Positions 29,680-39,959 of a stretch of 64,000 bases of DNA are shown piece by piece. Both the position numbers and the translations under genes were made by a program. A model generated the notes under the pieces. It did not search any database. It saw only the letters and a list, made by a program, of their open reading frames with translations, and was not told where the DNA came from. The number at the start of each line of letters is the position of its first letter. Position 1 is the first letter of the stretch. Source of the DNA: an uncultured Nitrospinota bacterium (lineage in GTDB: Bacteria; Tectomicrobia; Entotheonellia; J063; CAVPRW01); contig CAVPRW010000010.1 in the NCBI GenBank assembly GCA_963707985.1, positions 96,001-160,000 of the forward strand. Reading direction: 5' to 3'.

Positions 29680-29846
29680 CAATTCTCCACCGTTTGTCCA
29701 CCGCTTCCGCTACGATATTCACGCCCAAACGGCTAGTATAGCGCAGCCGCTTGCCGCGTCGGGGAGTGGCACATCACCTGTCGGCCCTGGACGATATCCT
29801 AGCCAGGCTGAGGATAATTTCTCCTGTCTGCCATTTAGGATGAGGG

Positions 29847-30491
29847 CTACAAGCCGGCCTTTGCTTTACCGGAACGCAGTGTCGCCAGGAGATCTTGGCT
29901 GGCCGCCGTTGGATCATCGGCGCTGATGATCGCTGAGATCACGGCGATGCCATCGGCGCCGGCGGTGAGCACCTGGTCGAGGTTCGCCTTCTTGACCCCC
30001 CCAATCGCGAGAATGGGTGTGTCGACCGCGGCTCGCACGGCCCGCAGGGCATCGAGCCCAACAGGTTCTCCGTATGGGGCCTTGGAGGGGGTGTAGAAAA
30101 CGGGGCCGAAGACGACAAAGTCCGCCCCTGCATTTGCAGCCGTCTGAGCTTCGGCAATGGAGTGCGTGGACACGCCGATCAGACGTCCAGGACCAAGAAT
30201 TTGCCGGGCCACAGTCGCCGGCAGCGACGTCATAGTGAGATGGACGCCGTCGGCGTCGACGGCTAATGCCACGTCGACACGATCATTGATCAGCAAGCGT
30301 GCCCCGTAGATCTTGGTGAGCTGCCGTATCTCCAGCGCAAGCGGGTAGAGCTCGCGGGGTGAGAGATCCTTCTCGCGTAATTGGAAGGCGCGAGCGCCTC
30401 CACGCAGTGCCGCTTCCACGACCAGCCGCAACGGCCTCCCGGCGGTGAGTTGACGATCGGTCACGACATAGAGATCGAAGTCGAAACTCAC
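29847..30491 (-). CDS. thiE: Thiamine phosphate synthase
   Basis: [35 protein letters not shown]; in the thiSG operon (a TenI-like paralog cannot be excluded). Confidence 0.85.
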   Translation of the reverse strand: MSFDFDLYVVTDRQLTAGRPLRLVVEAALRGGARAFQLREKDLSPRELYPLALEIRQLTKIYGARLLINDRVDVALAVDADGVHLTMTSLPATVARQILGPGRLIGVSTHSIAEAQTAANAGADFVVFGPVFYTPSKAPYGEPVGLDALRAVRAAVDTPILAIGGVKKANLDQVLTAGADGIAVISAIISADDPTAASQDLLATLRSGKAKAGL

Positions 30492-31264
30492 TCAATCATC
30501 CCTTCAATCGGGCTGCTGGCCTGCGCATAGAGCTTTTTCGGAATGCGTCCGGCCTGATACGCTAGACGTCCAGCCTCCACCGCCAGTTTCATGGCTCTGG
30601 CCATCGCGATGGGGTCCTTGGCCCCGGCAATGCCGGTATTCATGAGCACGGCATCGCAGCCAAGCTCCATGGCGATGGCCGCATCAGAGGCCGTGCCAAC
30701 CCCGGCATCGACGATGACGGGGATCTTCACCGTCTGCATGATGATGCGAATGTTGTACGGGTTGCACAGGCCGAGGCCGGAGCCAATCGGTGCTCCTAAT
30801 GGCATCACGGCAGCGACCCCGAGATCTTCTAGCTTCTTTGCCGTGATGGGATCGTCGGTGGTGTAGGGCATGACGATAAATCCCGCCTTCACCAGCTCCT
30901 TGGTGGCCTCCAACAATCCTACCACATCGGGGAACAACGTGCGCTGATCACCGATGACCTCGAGTTTGACAAAGTCCGTATTCAGCGCCTCGCGTCCCAG
31001 CTCGGCGGTGCGAATCGCTTCGTCCGCCGTATAGCAGCCCGCGGTGTTCGGGAGGTAGGTATATTTCTGCGGACTGATATAGTCGAGCAGTGACCCTTTA
31101 CCGTGGTCGCCGAGGTCGAAGCGACGGATGGCCACCGTCACCATTTCCGCCCCAGACGCCTCGACCGCATCGCGATTCTGCTCCAACGAGGCGTATTTTC
31201 CCGTGCCCACGATCAGACGCGATTTAAATGCCTTGTCGCCTAACATCAGCAGGTCTTCACTCAT
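30488..31264 (-). CDS. thiG: Thiazole synthase
   Basis: [45 protein letters not shown]. Confidence 0.97.
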   Translation of the reverse strand: MSEDLLMLGDKAFKSRLIVGTGKYASLEQNRDAVEASGAEMVTVAIRRFDLGDHGKGSLLDYISPQKYTYLPNTAGCYTADEAIRTAELGREALNTDFVKLEVIGDQRTLFPDVVGLLEATKELVKAGFIVMPYTTDDPITAKKLEDLGVAAVMPLGAPIGSGLGLCNPYNIRIIMQTVKIPVIVDAGVGTASDAAIAMELGCDAVLMNTGIAGAKDPIAMARAMKLAVEAGRLAYQAGRIPKKLYAQASSPIEGMIE

Positions 31265-31288
31265 CGATCTTCTCCCTGGCGATCCACG

Positions 31289-31489
31289 TTACCCGCCTCC
31301 AACCGGGCGGACGATCTCGATACGATCCCCGGCTTTGAGGGAGGTCGCCTCATGATCCCTTTTCCGCACCACCCGACGATTCACCGCTACCGCACCGTAC
31401 TGCAAGATAATCTGCAGATCACGCAACAGTTCGGCCACCGTGATTTCGTCGCGAATCTCCTGCTCTTCTCCGTTGAGAATCACCCGCAT
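31289..31489 (-). CDS. thiS: Sulfur carrier protein
   Basis: 66 aa ubiquitin-like, ends GDRIEIVRPVGGG. Confidence 0.95.
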   Translation of the reverse strand: MRVILNGEEQEIRDEITVAELLRDLQIILQYGAVAVNRRVVRKRDHEATSLKAGDRIEIVRPVGGG

Positions 31490-31505
31490 AGCCCGACTCC
31501 TGGCG

Positions 31506-31538
31506 AAAAAAAAGCCGCACCGGCATTGGGTGCGGCTT
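31506..31538 (-). terminator. Riboswitch-controlled intrinsic terminator
   Basis: AAGCCGCACC-loop-GGTGCGGCTT plus T-tract, between the TPP aptamer and thiS. Confidence 0.85.
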
Positions 31539-31581
31539 CACCATCGTGCGCATTGGATGGACAGGCATTGATGCCCGTCGG

Positions 31582-31668
31582 CCGCGTTCCCTACGCTGGT
31601 ATTATCCAGTTCAGGTTCTAAGGGTCCCAAGGATGCCTTGGCTCTCAGGAAACCCCTCCCCCAGCGGC
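31582..31668 (-). ncRNA. TPP riboswitch
   Basis: Minus strand GGGG..CTGAGA..GACCCTTAGAACCTGAACTGGATAATACCAGCGTAGGGA matches the THI-box; upstream of thiSGE. Confidence 0.95.
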
Positions 31669-31724
31669 TGCAGGCTCTCATGGTTCCGCATAGCAGGCGG
31701 ATGCCCTTGAGGGCTTTGACTAAC

Positions 31725-31752
31725 AGTATACGAGGTGCCAAAAGGGAGTCAA
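31725..31752 (-). promoter_or_regulatory. Sigma70 promoter for the TPP leader
   Basis: TTGACT-16 bp-TATACT on the minus strand. Confidence 0.55.
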
Positions 31753-31866
31753 GACAAATTTCGCCCAATTATCCAGGACAGGCTTGCCCCAAAACTTTGT
31801 CACGATCCTCCGCGACAGCAGCCAGGGATTTTGCTATCATGCATAAGGACATTTGGGAGTCTTGCC

Positions 31867-33258
31867 GTGAGCCATATCTGCACACGCGTGGTGCAATTTT
31901 TCTTGGGTACCTTATCTCAGACGGACCGCTGGTTTGCGCTGTTGCGCGGGGTCGTCTTTCTGGGCGGCATCGGGTGGCTGCTGTGCGTCCCCCTGCAGTC
32001 ACACCAGTGGGTCATTCTTGCCGCGCTTCTGGGGGCGTTCTTCCTATACAGCGGTGGGTTGTACGTGCTCACGTTTCTGCGACCTGCCCGCATTCGCACC
32101 TACTACTTGTGTGTGTTCATCGTCGATCTGCTGATCATCACCGCACTCAATGACTATGTGGGAGAGGTCAAGGGCAGCTTTTATCTAGCCTATTATCTGC
32201 TGGTGGCGCTGCACGCCTACTACTTTGGCCTAGGAATGGGACTGATCGTGGCCGGGTTGGCCTCGGTGCTGTATGTGATGTCCGACTACCCGGAATTCCA
32301 GACCATTGTGTGGCATGAATACACGCTACGGATCACCTTTCTCTTTCTCGTCGCCACCTTCCTTGGACTCCTGGCGAAAAAGGATAAGGGCGACAAGCAA
32401 CACATGGAGAGTCTGAATCGCGAGCTCTCAGAGAAGACGCGTAAGCTCGAGCTCGCCTACATCCAATTGGCAGAAGCCCAGCGGCAGATCATACAGACCG
32501 AAAAGCTTTCCTCGCTCGGAACGCTGGTGGCAGGCGTCGCCCATGAGATCAATAATCCTATTGGAATTATCGCTAACCGTGTCGAGGTGCTGCGGTTGGA
32601 GCATGAGGAGCAGGGTTTGGACGATATCCTCAAGGAAGACCTCGAAGTCATCCACCGCCAGGCCCATCGTGTGACGGAAATCACCACCGCACTCCTCGCC
32701 TATGCTCGGCAATCATCCCACGAGCAGACTCTGCTCAACCTGAACGGCGTGGTGCGGTCAGCCTTGTTGCTTTGGCAACCCCAAGCCGAGCAGGTCGTGC
32801 GGGTTGAAACCGCCCTGGAGGAGCCGCTACCACCAATCATGGGCGACGTCACGCAACTCCAGCAGGTGCTGATCAACCTGTTGAGCAATGCCCTCGACGC
32901 CACCCCTCCTGGGGGCACGATTGCGGTCTCGACGCGAAGCCAGGGAGAGCCGCCGTCGACTGTGGCGTTGGAGGTCGCCGACACAGGAACCGGTATCTTA
33001 GCGGAGCATCTCTCTAAGGTCTTCGACCCATTTTTTACCACCAAACCCCCTGGGAAAGGCACGGGGCTTGGGCTTTCCGTGTGCTTTGGCATCGTACAGG
33101 ATCATCAGGGGACGATCACCGTCGACAGCCAGCGCGGTCGTGGTTGCACCTTTAGCGTGATTTTACCCGTGATCCCGCGTGTTGAGCTTGCTCACCAGGG
33201 GTCCCATCGGATGCTCCAAGCCGCTCTCACCGCCAGTCAGGACGAAGGAGTGTACTGA
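31867..33258 (+). CDS. Membrane-bound sensor histidine kinase (NtrB-like)
   Basis: About five TM segments; [11 protein letters not shown]-box; [35 protein letters not shown] coupling to the next gene; start uncertain. Confidence 0.92.
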   Translation: MSHICTRVVQFFLGTLSQTDRWFALLRGVVFLGGIGWLLCVPLQSHQWVILAALLGAFFLYSGGLYVLTFLRPARIRTYYLCVFIVDLLIITALNDYVGEVKGSFYLAYYLLVALHAYYFGLGMGLIVAGLASVLYVMSDYPEFQTIVWHEYTLRITFLFLVATFLGLLAKKDKGDKQHMESLNRELSEKTRKLELAYIQLAEAQRQIIQTEKLSSLGTLVAGVAHEINNPIGIIANRVEVLRLEHEEQGLDDILKEDLEVIHRQAHRVTEITTALLAYARQSSHEQTLLNLNGVVRSALLLWQPQAEQVVRVETALEEPLPPIMGDVTQLQQVLINLLSNALDATPPGGTIAVSTRSQGEPPSTVALEVADTGTGILAEHLSKVFDPFFTTKPPGKGTGLGLSVCFGIVQDHQGTITVDSQRGRGCTFSVILPVIPRVELAHQGSHRMLQAALTASQDEGVY

Positions 33259-34643
33259 TGGGTACCTCCCGCAAAGTGCTCATCGTGGATGATGAGCGCG
33301 AGATGCTGACCAACTGCACGCGCATTCTGCGACGCTGTGGCTATGAGTGTCTAACCGCTGAGACCAGCGAGCAGGGCTTGGCGCTGGTGCATACCGTGCA
33401 GCCGGATGTGGTGCTGGTAGACCTGCGCATGCCGGGTAAGAGCGGCATCGACATCGTCAAGACCGTTAAATCCCAGTATCCCCACATGGAAGTGGTGCTC
33501 ATGACGGCGTATGCAAGCATTGAAACGGCAGTCGACGCCATCAAGCAGGGGGCTTTCGACTATCTGCCCAAACCGTTTACAGCGGACCAACTGCAGACGG
33601 TCATTCAACGGACCATGCGTCAGCAGCTGAGCACCCAGGGCGCGGGACGCATGAGAGCGGAAGTGGACTGGCGCTCCGATCATGGGGAGATGGTCGGGAG
33701 ATCTGAGGCCATGGAAGCGCTGCGCGAGCATATCCGGAAGATCGCTGCCACCGAGGCCACCGTCTTGATCACCGGTGAAAGCGGTACTGGCAAGGAATTG
33801 GTGGCGCGGAGCCTGCATCGGTGCAGTCGTCGCAGTGCGCTGCCGTTTGTGCCGGTGGATTGTGCTGCTTTGCCCGAGAGTTTGTTGGAGAGCGAGCTCT
33901 TCGGTCATGAGAAGGGGGCGTTTACGGGGGCCTCGCTCAGTCGCCCCGGCCTGTTTGAGCTCGCCCACACGGGGACGTTATTTCTGGACGAAGTGGCGGA
34001 GCTCCCCCCACCGTTGCAGGCTAAACTGCTCCGCGTCTTAGAGGCCAGACAGCTCCGGCGACTCGGCGGTCGGCAACTGATCAGCGTCAACGTGCGTGTG
34101 ATCGCCGCGACGAATCGCGACTTGACGAAGGCGATGGAAAGCGGCGCTTTTCGCGAAGATCTCTTTTATCGCCTCAACGTCATTCCCATTCACGTCCCCC
34201 CCCTGCGGGAGCGGCGCGGGGACATTCCCCTACTGACCGCGCATTTCTTGCGGTCTGGACTGCAGGCGAGTGCCGCGGTACCCCGGGAATTCGCTCCCGA
34301 AGCCATGGAGCTGCTTGAACACTACAGCTGGCCGGGGAACGTGCGCGAGTTGAAAAATGCGATTGAGCGGGCACGCGCCTTGGCGAATCGAGAGGCTATC
34401 CAACCAGAAGATTTGCCGGGAGAGGTCCGACACCTGGGCGGCGAGGTGGCTGATCGCTCCCCCCCGATGCATTCGTTCAAGGCTGCTAAGCAAGAGATCG
34501 TCACCGAATTCGAAGAGCGTAGCTTGCGCGAGCTGATGGAGCAGACGGGGTGGAATATCGCCCAGGCCGCACGGGCCTCGGGTGTGCATCGGAAGACCAT
34601 CGAGCGCAAGCTGAAACGCTACAACTTGCGCCGCGATGGTTGA
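33258..34643 (+). CDS. Sigma54-dependent response regulator (NtrC family)
   Basis: REC domain (VDDE, DLRMP), GESGTGKE, GAFTGA, WPGNVREL, Fis-type HTH. Confidence 0.95.
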   Translation: MGTSRKVLIVDDEREMLTNCTRILRRCGYECLTAETSEQGLALVHTVQPDVVLVDLRMPGKSGIDIVKTVKSQYPHMEVVLMTAYASIETAVDAIKQGAFDYLPKPFTADQLQTVIQRTMRQQLSTQGAGRMRAEVDWRSDHGEMVGRSEAMEALREHIRKIAATEATVLITGESGTGKELVARSLHRCSRRSALPFVPVDCAALPESLLESELFGHEKGAFTGASLSRPGLFELAHTGTLFLDEVAELPPPLQAKLLRVLEARQLRRLGGRQLISVNVRVIAATNRDLTKAMESGAFREDLFYRLNVIPIHVPPLRERRGDIPLLTAHFLRSGLQASAAVPREFAPEAMELLEHYSWPGNVRELKNAIERARALANREAIQPEDLPGEVRHLGGEVADRSPPMHSFKAAKQEIVTEFEERSLRELMEQTGWNIAQAARASGVHRKTIERKLKRYNLRRDG

Positions 34644-34658
34644 GGTGGATTAAGCGGA

Positions 34659-35741
34659 TTAATTGGTCAATAGTCCTTCCAGATGCAGTCGTCGACTACT
34701 GCCGCGCAGCTTCTCCATCGCCACGTGCTCGATCTGGCGGATGCGTTCGCGACTAAGGTCGAATTGTTTACCGATCTGTTCCAGTGTGTGCTCGCCCTCG
34801 CCTCCCAGACCAAAGCGCAGCATAATGATCCGGCGCTCGCGTGGGGTGAGGACCTCGAGCAGTTGCTGCAAACGGTCGCTGAGATCCTGCTGGAGCGTGG
34901 CCTCCACCGGAGATGCCAGCAGCGGATAGCCTAACGGCTGGGCCAGAGGCAGAGGGGGTGTGCCCTCGGGATAGTTCCGGCCCAGATCCTCAATCGACAC
35001 CACTTGTTGGTTCAATTCCAGGATCAATCGCACTTTCTCGACCGCAAGCCCGACGGCCGCGGCCACCTCCACCGGTGTCGGGGGACGCTCATGCGCACTC
35101 TGCAACTGTTGGTAGGCGCGTCTGACACGACCGGCAATCTCGGTGAGATAGGCCGGCACCCTGACCGTGCGCCCCTGCTCGAAGATGGCCCGAGCGATAT
35201 AGGCCCGGATCCACCAGCTGGCATAGGTGCTAAACTTATAGCCCCGGCTGGGATCGAATTTCTCCACGGCGCGCATGAGCCCCAGATTGCCCTCCTGCAC
35301 CAGATCGAGCAGTGGTACCCCGTGTTGCGCAAATTGCTTGGCGATACTGACGACAAGGCGTAGATTGGCCGTTATCATGACTTCTCGGGCTTGCTGGCTA
35401 CGCAGGCGCGCGGCGCACGGAAGCTCTGCGGTTTCATCCAGCCTGTCCTCAAGCTGGCCAAGAGTACTCTGCGACGGCGCGGTCCGCTGAATTTCTTGCG
35501 CCAACTGACGTTCTTCGTCCACACGTAGGCGGGGCACCGCCCCGATATCTTGGTAGTACAGGCGGAGCACACGATCTTCCCACGACAGGCTGTCCCGACT
35601 CGAGGTCTTAGCCGGTAAAGCTGTATCCGGGAGCACGTGGGCAGGTTCCTTGGGGGTGAAGGCCCGCATAACAAACAGACGCTTTGCCTGTGGCTCCACA
35701 GCCAGTGAGCGGTCTTTGGGCTTGGTGCGACGTATCGGCAT
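34659..35741 (-). CDS. Alternative RNA polymerase sigma70-family factor (RpoS/group 2-like)
   Basis: [55 protein letters not shown]; no acidic region 1.1; GGGAG RBS. Confidence 0.92.
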   Translation of the reverse strand: MPIRRTKPKDRSLAVEPQAKRLFVMRAFTPKEPAHVLPDTALPAKTSSRDSLSWEDRVLRLYYQDIGAVPRLRVDEERQLAQEIQRTAPSQSTLGQLEDRLDETAELPCAARLRSQQAREVMITANLRLVVSIAKQFAQHGVPLLDLVQEGNLGLMRAVEKFDPSRGYKFSTYASWWIRAYIARAIFEQGRTVRVPAYLTEIAGRVRRAYQQLQSAHERPPTPVEVAAAVGLAVEKVRLILELNQQVVSIEDLGRNYPEGTPPLPLAQPLGYPLLASPVEATLQQDLSDRLQQLLEVLTPRERRIIMLRFGLGGEGEHTLEQIGKQFDLSRERIRQIEHVAMEKLRGSSRRLHLEGLLTN

Positions 35742-35839
35742 AATTCTCAACTCCCAGCGGTCTTAGCGCAACCATCAAGGCTCTATGGGTAAACGTCCAG
35801 CCAGAGCTGCACGCATAGGGATGACATACGGGAAAAGAG

Positions 35840-35856
35840 AGCAATTTTTATACCGA
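35840..35856 (-). promoter_or_regulatory. Sigma54 (-24/-12) promoter for the sigma factor gene
   Basis: Minus strand TCGGTATAAAAATTGCT = GG-N10-GC, ~100 nt upstream of the start codon. Confidence 0.6.
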
Positions 35857-36037
35857 ACTTTGACGATCAACCCGCAACAGCTCGGAGGGGTGAGGTCGTG
35901 ATGACATGATGGCGAAAAGCTCTCCACCGTCCGCTGCAAGGAGCTGAAAGGCCCGCTTGGGCACTTCCTCCCTGAGGCTGTGTAACGACATACATGGCAG
36001 GTCAGCGGCGAGTGGCGTCTGTAATCTGAGGAAACAT

Positions 36038-36079
36038 GCGACACTGATGTACCAGTGCGACATAAATGTCGCACTGGTA
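36038..36079. promoter_or_regulatory. Tandem palindromic activator-binding sites
   Basis: Perfect TACCAGTGCGACAT-AA-ATGTCGCACTGGTA (36050-36079) plus an overlapping imperfect copy TGCGACACTGATGTACCA. Confidence 0.65.
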
Positions 36080-36103
36080 GGGGCATTGCGCCGAAAAAAA
36101 AGC

Positions 36104-36132
36104 TTGACAAGCACATACCCCATGTTTAACAT
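36104..36132 (+). promoter_or_regulatory. Sigma70 promoter of the cytochrome/oxidase cluster
   Basis: TTGACA-17 bp-TAACAT. Confidence 0.65.
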
Positions 36133-36259
36133 ACGGCCATCTTTCTTCAACAAGTCTCCTTTTGTTTTCAATAATTTACATATGCCCTACCCAAATCAAC
36201 GCGTTCCCGCTCGCTAGCCAAGAGGTGAAGCTCAGGCGCTGCGTCAAGAGGGGATAGGT

Positions 36260-38095
36260 ATGAAGAGGAAACCGACCGTGATGCAGAGTCACATAGCGCG
36301 CTACGTCTGTGGCCTGGGTTTGGCCCTGGGGCTGGCACTCCTGCTCCTGCCCGTGTGGGTCTGGGCTCAGGACGCGGGAACTGTCGCGGACTACCGTGCC
36401 CTGCCAGGTCTCGGCAGTCGGGTGGCGATATGGATCGTGGCACAAATCCACCTGTATTTTGCGGCGTTTGTGCTAGGTGTGCCAATCTTTGCGGTGACGG
36501 TCGAATTCATTGGGACTCGCACGAAGGATCCCCGCTATGATCAGCTGGCGCACGACTTCACCAAACTGATGAGCGTGGCCTTCTCGACCACCGCGACATT
36601 CGGCGCCGTCCTCACGTTCTTTCTCTTTGGTCTTTACCCGAAATTCATGAACTACCTAGCCGCATTGTTCTTTCCGACGATGGTCGTCTACGTGCTCCTG
36701 TTCTTCGGTGAAGGCTTCACCCTATACCTGTACTACTACGGCTGGGAGGCCATGCGCCGGCGCAAAGGGTTGCACCTGTTGCTGGGCTGTCTGCTCAACG
36801 TCTTCGGCATCACGCTGATGTTTATTGCAAACTCCTGGGCCACCTTCATGATGACGCCGCCCACTGGCGTCGCCGAGCAAGGCGCCGGGGTGGGACTGTG
36901 GGCGTTGGTCGATAATTATGCCTGGATGCCGATCAACATCCACCGCTTGCTGGCTAATGTCGCCTTTGGTGGCTCGATCGCGGCCGCCTATGCCGGTTTT
37001 CGTTTCCTCAATGCGCGTACGGACAGAGGAGCGTGCGCGGTACGACTGGATGGGGTATATCGGCAACTTCATCGGCGTCGGGGCGCTGATTCCGCTGCCC
37101 TTCGCCGGCTATTATCTGGGCCGCGAGATTTACTCCTACAATGAACAGATGGGCATTTCGATGATGGGTGGCATCTTCTCCTGGCTGTTCATCATCCAGG
37201 CCGTGCTCATCGGCGTCCTCTTCCTGTCCGCCAATTACTATCTGTGGCTCGGGATGGAGCGGATTCCGGGGGCTGAACGCTACCGCGGCTGGATTAAATT
37301 CTTGCTGCTCGTCCTGACGATCTGCGTTGGCGTGTGGATGACCCCGCATAGTCTGGTGGCCAGCCTGGAGGAGGCGCGCAAGATGGGTGGCGCCCATCAT
37401 CCCTTGCTGGGCGTGCTGGGAGTGATGTCGGCCAAGAATACCGCGGTGAATCTCATGATCCTCACGACGTTCTTGAGTTTTATGCTCTACAAGCGCGGCA
37501 ACAAGGTCCCGACCGTCCCATGGGCCAGGACCGGCAACGCTGTTGAAGCGCTGATTTTTGTGCTGGCGGCTTTTATCGTCATCTTCTATGGCATCTACGG
37601 CTACTTCGTGCCTGCTATTGTGCGTATTGGTTTCTCGGTGTATCAGGTCGGTGCGGTACTATTTACGCTTGTCGCCGTCACGGTCATCGATATTTTCCTG
37701 CTTGAAGAATGCTCGGATCCTCGGGGAGATTCAGTGGGGCAAGATCCCCGAGCGGGCCCAATATGCGTTGTTCTTGCTGGCGCTGTCCTTTACTTGGTTG
37801 ATGGGTCTGATGGGTTATGTGCGGTCGGGCCTGCGCATGGATTGGCACGTCTACGGCGTCATGCGTGATACCAGCCCGGGCGCCTACACGCCAACCTTGG
37901 GCTTTGCGACGAACATGGTGTCGGTGACGGTGATCATTTTCCTCGGGCTGCTGGCATTTATCTTCTGGTTAGGGAGCCTCGACGAGGCTCATGCGGGCGA
38001 GGGAGGAGTTAGACAAGGATGTCGAAGCCGCCTTTCGGCCACCGTTGCGCCCACAGCCGGTGACGAGTCACCCCGGCGCAGATGCGGAAGGATAG
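36260..38095 (+). CDS. Cytochrome bd subunit I (CydA)-like protein, Nitrospira/Nitrospina type (+1 frameshifts near 37025 and 37702; 3' end uncertain)
   Basis: QIHLYFAAFVLG, ANSWATFMMTP, INIHRLLAN, YDWMGY, GVMSAKN, GYVRSGLRMDWHVYGVM across three ORF fragments. Confidence 0.8.
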
Positions 38096-38100
38096 GGCTC

Positions 38101-39027
38101 ATGTTCTCGATCTTATTGTATACCTTCGCGGGGCTCTTCTTGCTGTGGATGATCCTGCTGTCGTTGGGCGTGCGACGGATCTGGCTGAATGTGATGCTCT
38201 TTTCTCTGGAAGCGACGCTCGCCTATACCATCGTTGGCAACCTCGTGCCGCAGATCGAGTCCAGGCCTCAGGCGGCAGCTGCAACTCTCTCCCGATGCGA
38301 CGCCGGAGCAGCTGGTCAAAGCCGGCGAGCAGATCTTCTACGGTAAGGGAACCTGCGCCCTCTGCCATTCGATCGATCCGAGTGAGGCGGCGCGCTGTCC
38401 GCAGCTCGGGGCCGGCACCCTTGGACCCGCCATCGGCGCACGCGCCGACGAGCGGGTGAAAGAGCCAGGTTATAAGGGCAAAGCCAAGGACGGGACCGAA
38501 TACCTCATCGAGAGCTTAACCCATCCTCAGGACTACCTGGTGCAAGGCTTTCCTGCCCATCATGCCGGTGATCAACAAGCCGCCGATCGGCCTGAATAAC
38601 GATGAGATCGCCGCGGTGATAGCCTTCTTGCAGAGCGTCCAGGGTGGCAAGGTGACCGTCACCCCCAAAATGGTGGCGGCCTTCACAGGCACCGAGGTAC
38701 CGGCGCAGCCAGGCACGGCCGCAGCGCAACCGGTGGTGGCAACCGCCACTGATCGGCCCCCGGAACAGCTCATCGCGGAGCTTGCCTGCATTGCTTGCCA
38801 TAAATTCGATGAGCCGGGGCCGTCTGGTCGGTCCGAGCCTTTGGGATATCGGGGTGCGTCAGGATGAGGCGTATATCCGGCAGTCGATTCTGGAGCCGAA
38901 TGCGGTGATCGCGGAGGGTTTCCCTCCGATGTTGATGCCACCGGATCTTGGACAGAAGATGACCGGGGTGGAGTTCGAACGCCTTGTACAATGGCTGAAG
39001 AACCACAAAGGACCCAAGGTCCAGTAG
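38101..39027 (+). CDS. Membrane-anchored diheme cytochrome c (+1 frameshifts near 38275, 38555, 38818)
   Basis: N-terminal TM helices; CALCH and CIACH; YLIESL..MPVINKPP; SILEPNA..MPP; reconstructed from four fragments. Confidence 0.8.
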
Positions 39028-39109
39028 TGTGCCGACTCACCACAGTCGCACCAGGCAGGACCGCAGCGTCGGAGCCATGACGCTGTCTGAACGGAGGAGA
39101 TCAGGAGAG

Positions 39110-39872
39110 ATGGCCCAGCAAGCATCCGGCAGCTGGTGGAGTGTGGGGGGCGCGATCGTCGCACTCATCGCCGGCCACTTGGCCCTGAAGTACGGCATTC
39201 AGACCGCCCATCCCGTCAAACTTGCTATATGCGTATACCATCATTCTCGCGATCGCGATTTATGTCTATCTGGCTTCAAATACAGCGCGATGGGAGAGTT
39301 TTTCACGTCCCCTGGCGCGTTTGTTCGTCGCCCGTGAAACTCGTATTGCCCGCGGCGTCATTTTTGTCCTGTTGCCGCTGAGTGTGGGTTGGCTAGTGTA
39401 TGCCTGGGGCGGTGGCTCGGCCCAGTTGCCTGCCGAGTTGCGCACCATTCACCCCACCCCTCCAGGGCAAATCACCGTGCGAGGCAAGAGCTACAACCTC
39501 ATTGGTCTGGAAAATCCTTTACGGAAAGAACCGGACAAGTTGGCACACTACGCCGATGAAGGCAAGGTCGTGTATTTTCAGAACTGCTTTCCCTGCCACG
39601 GCGACAACCTCGACGGCACCGGACATTTCGCCCATGGATTTATCCCATCCCCAGCCAATTTCGTCGACGTTGGCACCATTGCCCAATTGCAGGAGTCATA
39701 CGTCTTCTGGCGTATCGCCAAGGGAGGGCCTGGCCTGCCCCCCGAATCGCATCCATGGAATTCAGCCATGCCGATTTGGGAGAATTTCCTCTCGGAGGAA
39801 GATATCTGGAAGGTCATCTTGTACATCTACGCTGGGGCTGGACAGTCGCCGCGCACCTGGGAAGGACACTGA
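39110..39872 (+). CDS. Membrane-bound monoheme cytochrome c (+1 frameshift near 39199)
   Basis: TM segments, then QNCFPCHG and SAMP distal Met. Confidence 0.85.
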
Positions 39873-39959
39873 GTCATGGTAGCCAATGAGGCGCCAAGTG
39901 CATGATCCGTCTACCCCTGCCAATCGTGGTATGCGTGAGTACAAGGCAACGGAGAACGA

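Noticed and set aside
37558..38346. Fusion of the CydA-like protein to the downstream diheme cytochrome
   Set aside because: The linker lies in an indel-rich patch and there is a separate ATG at 38101 after a purine-rich stretch; fusion cannot be supported without polishing.
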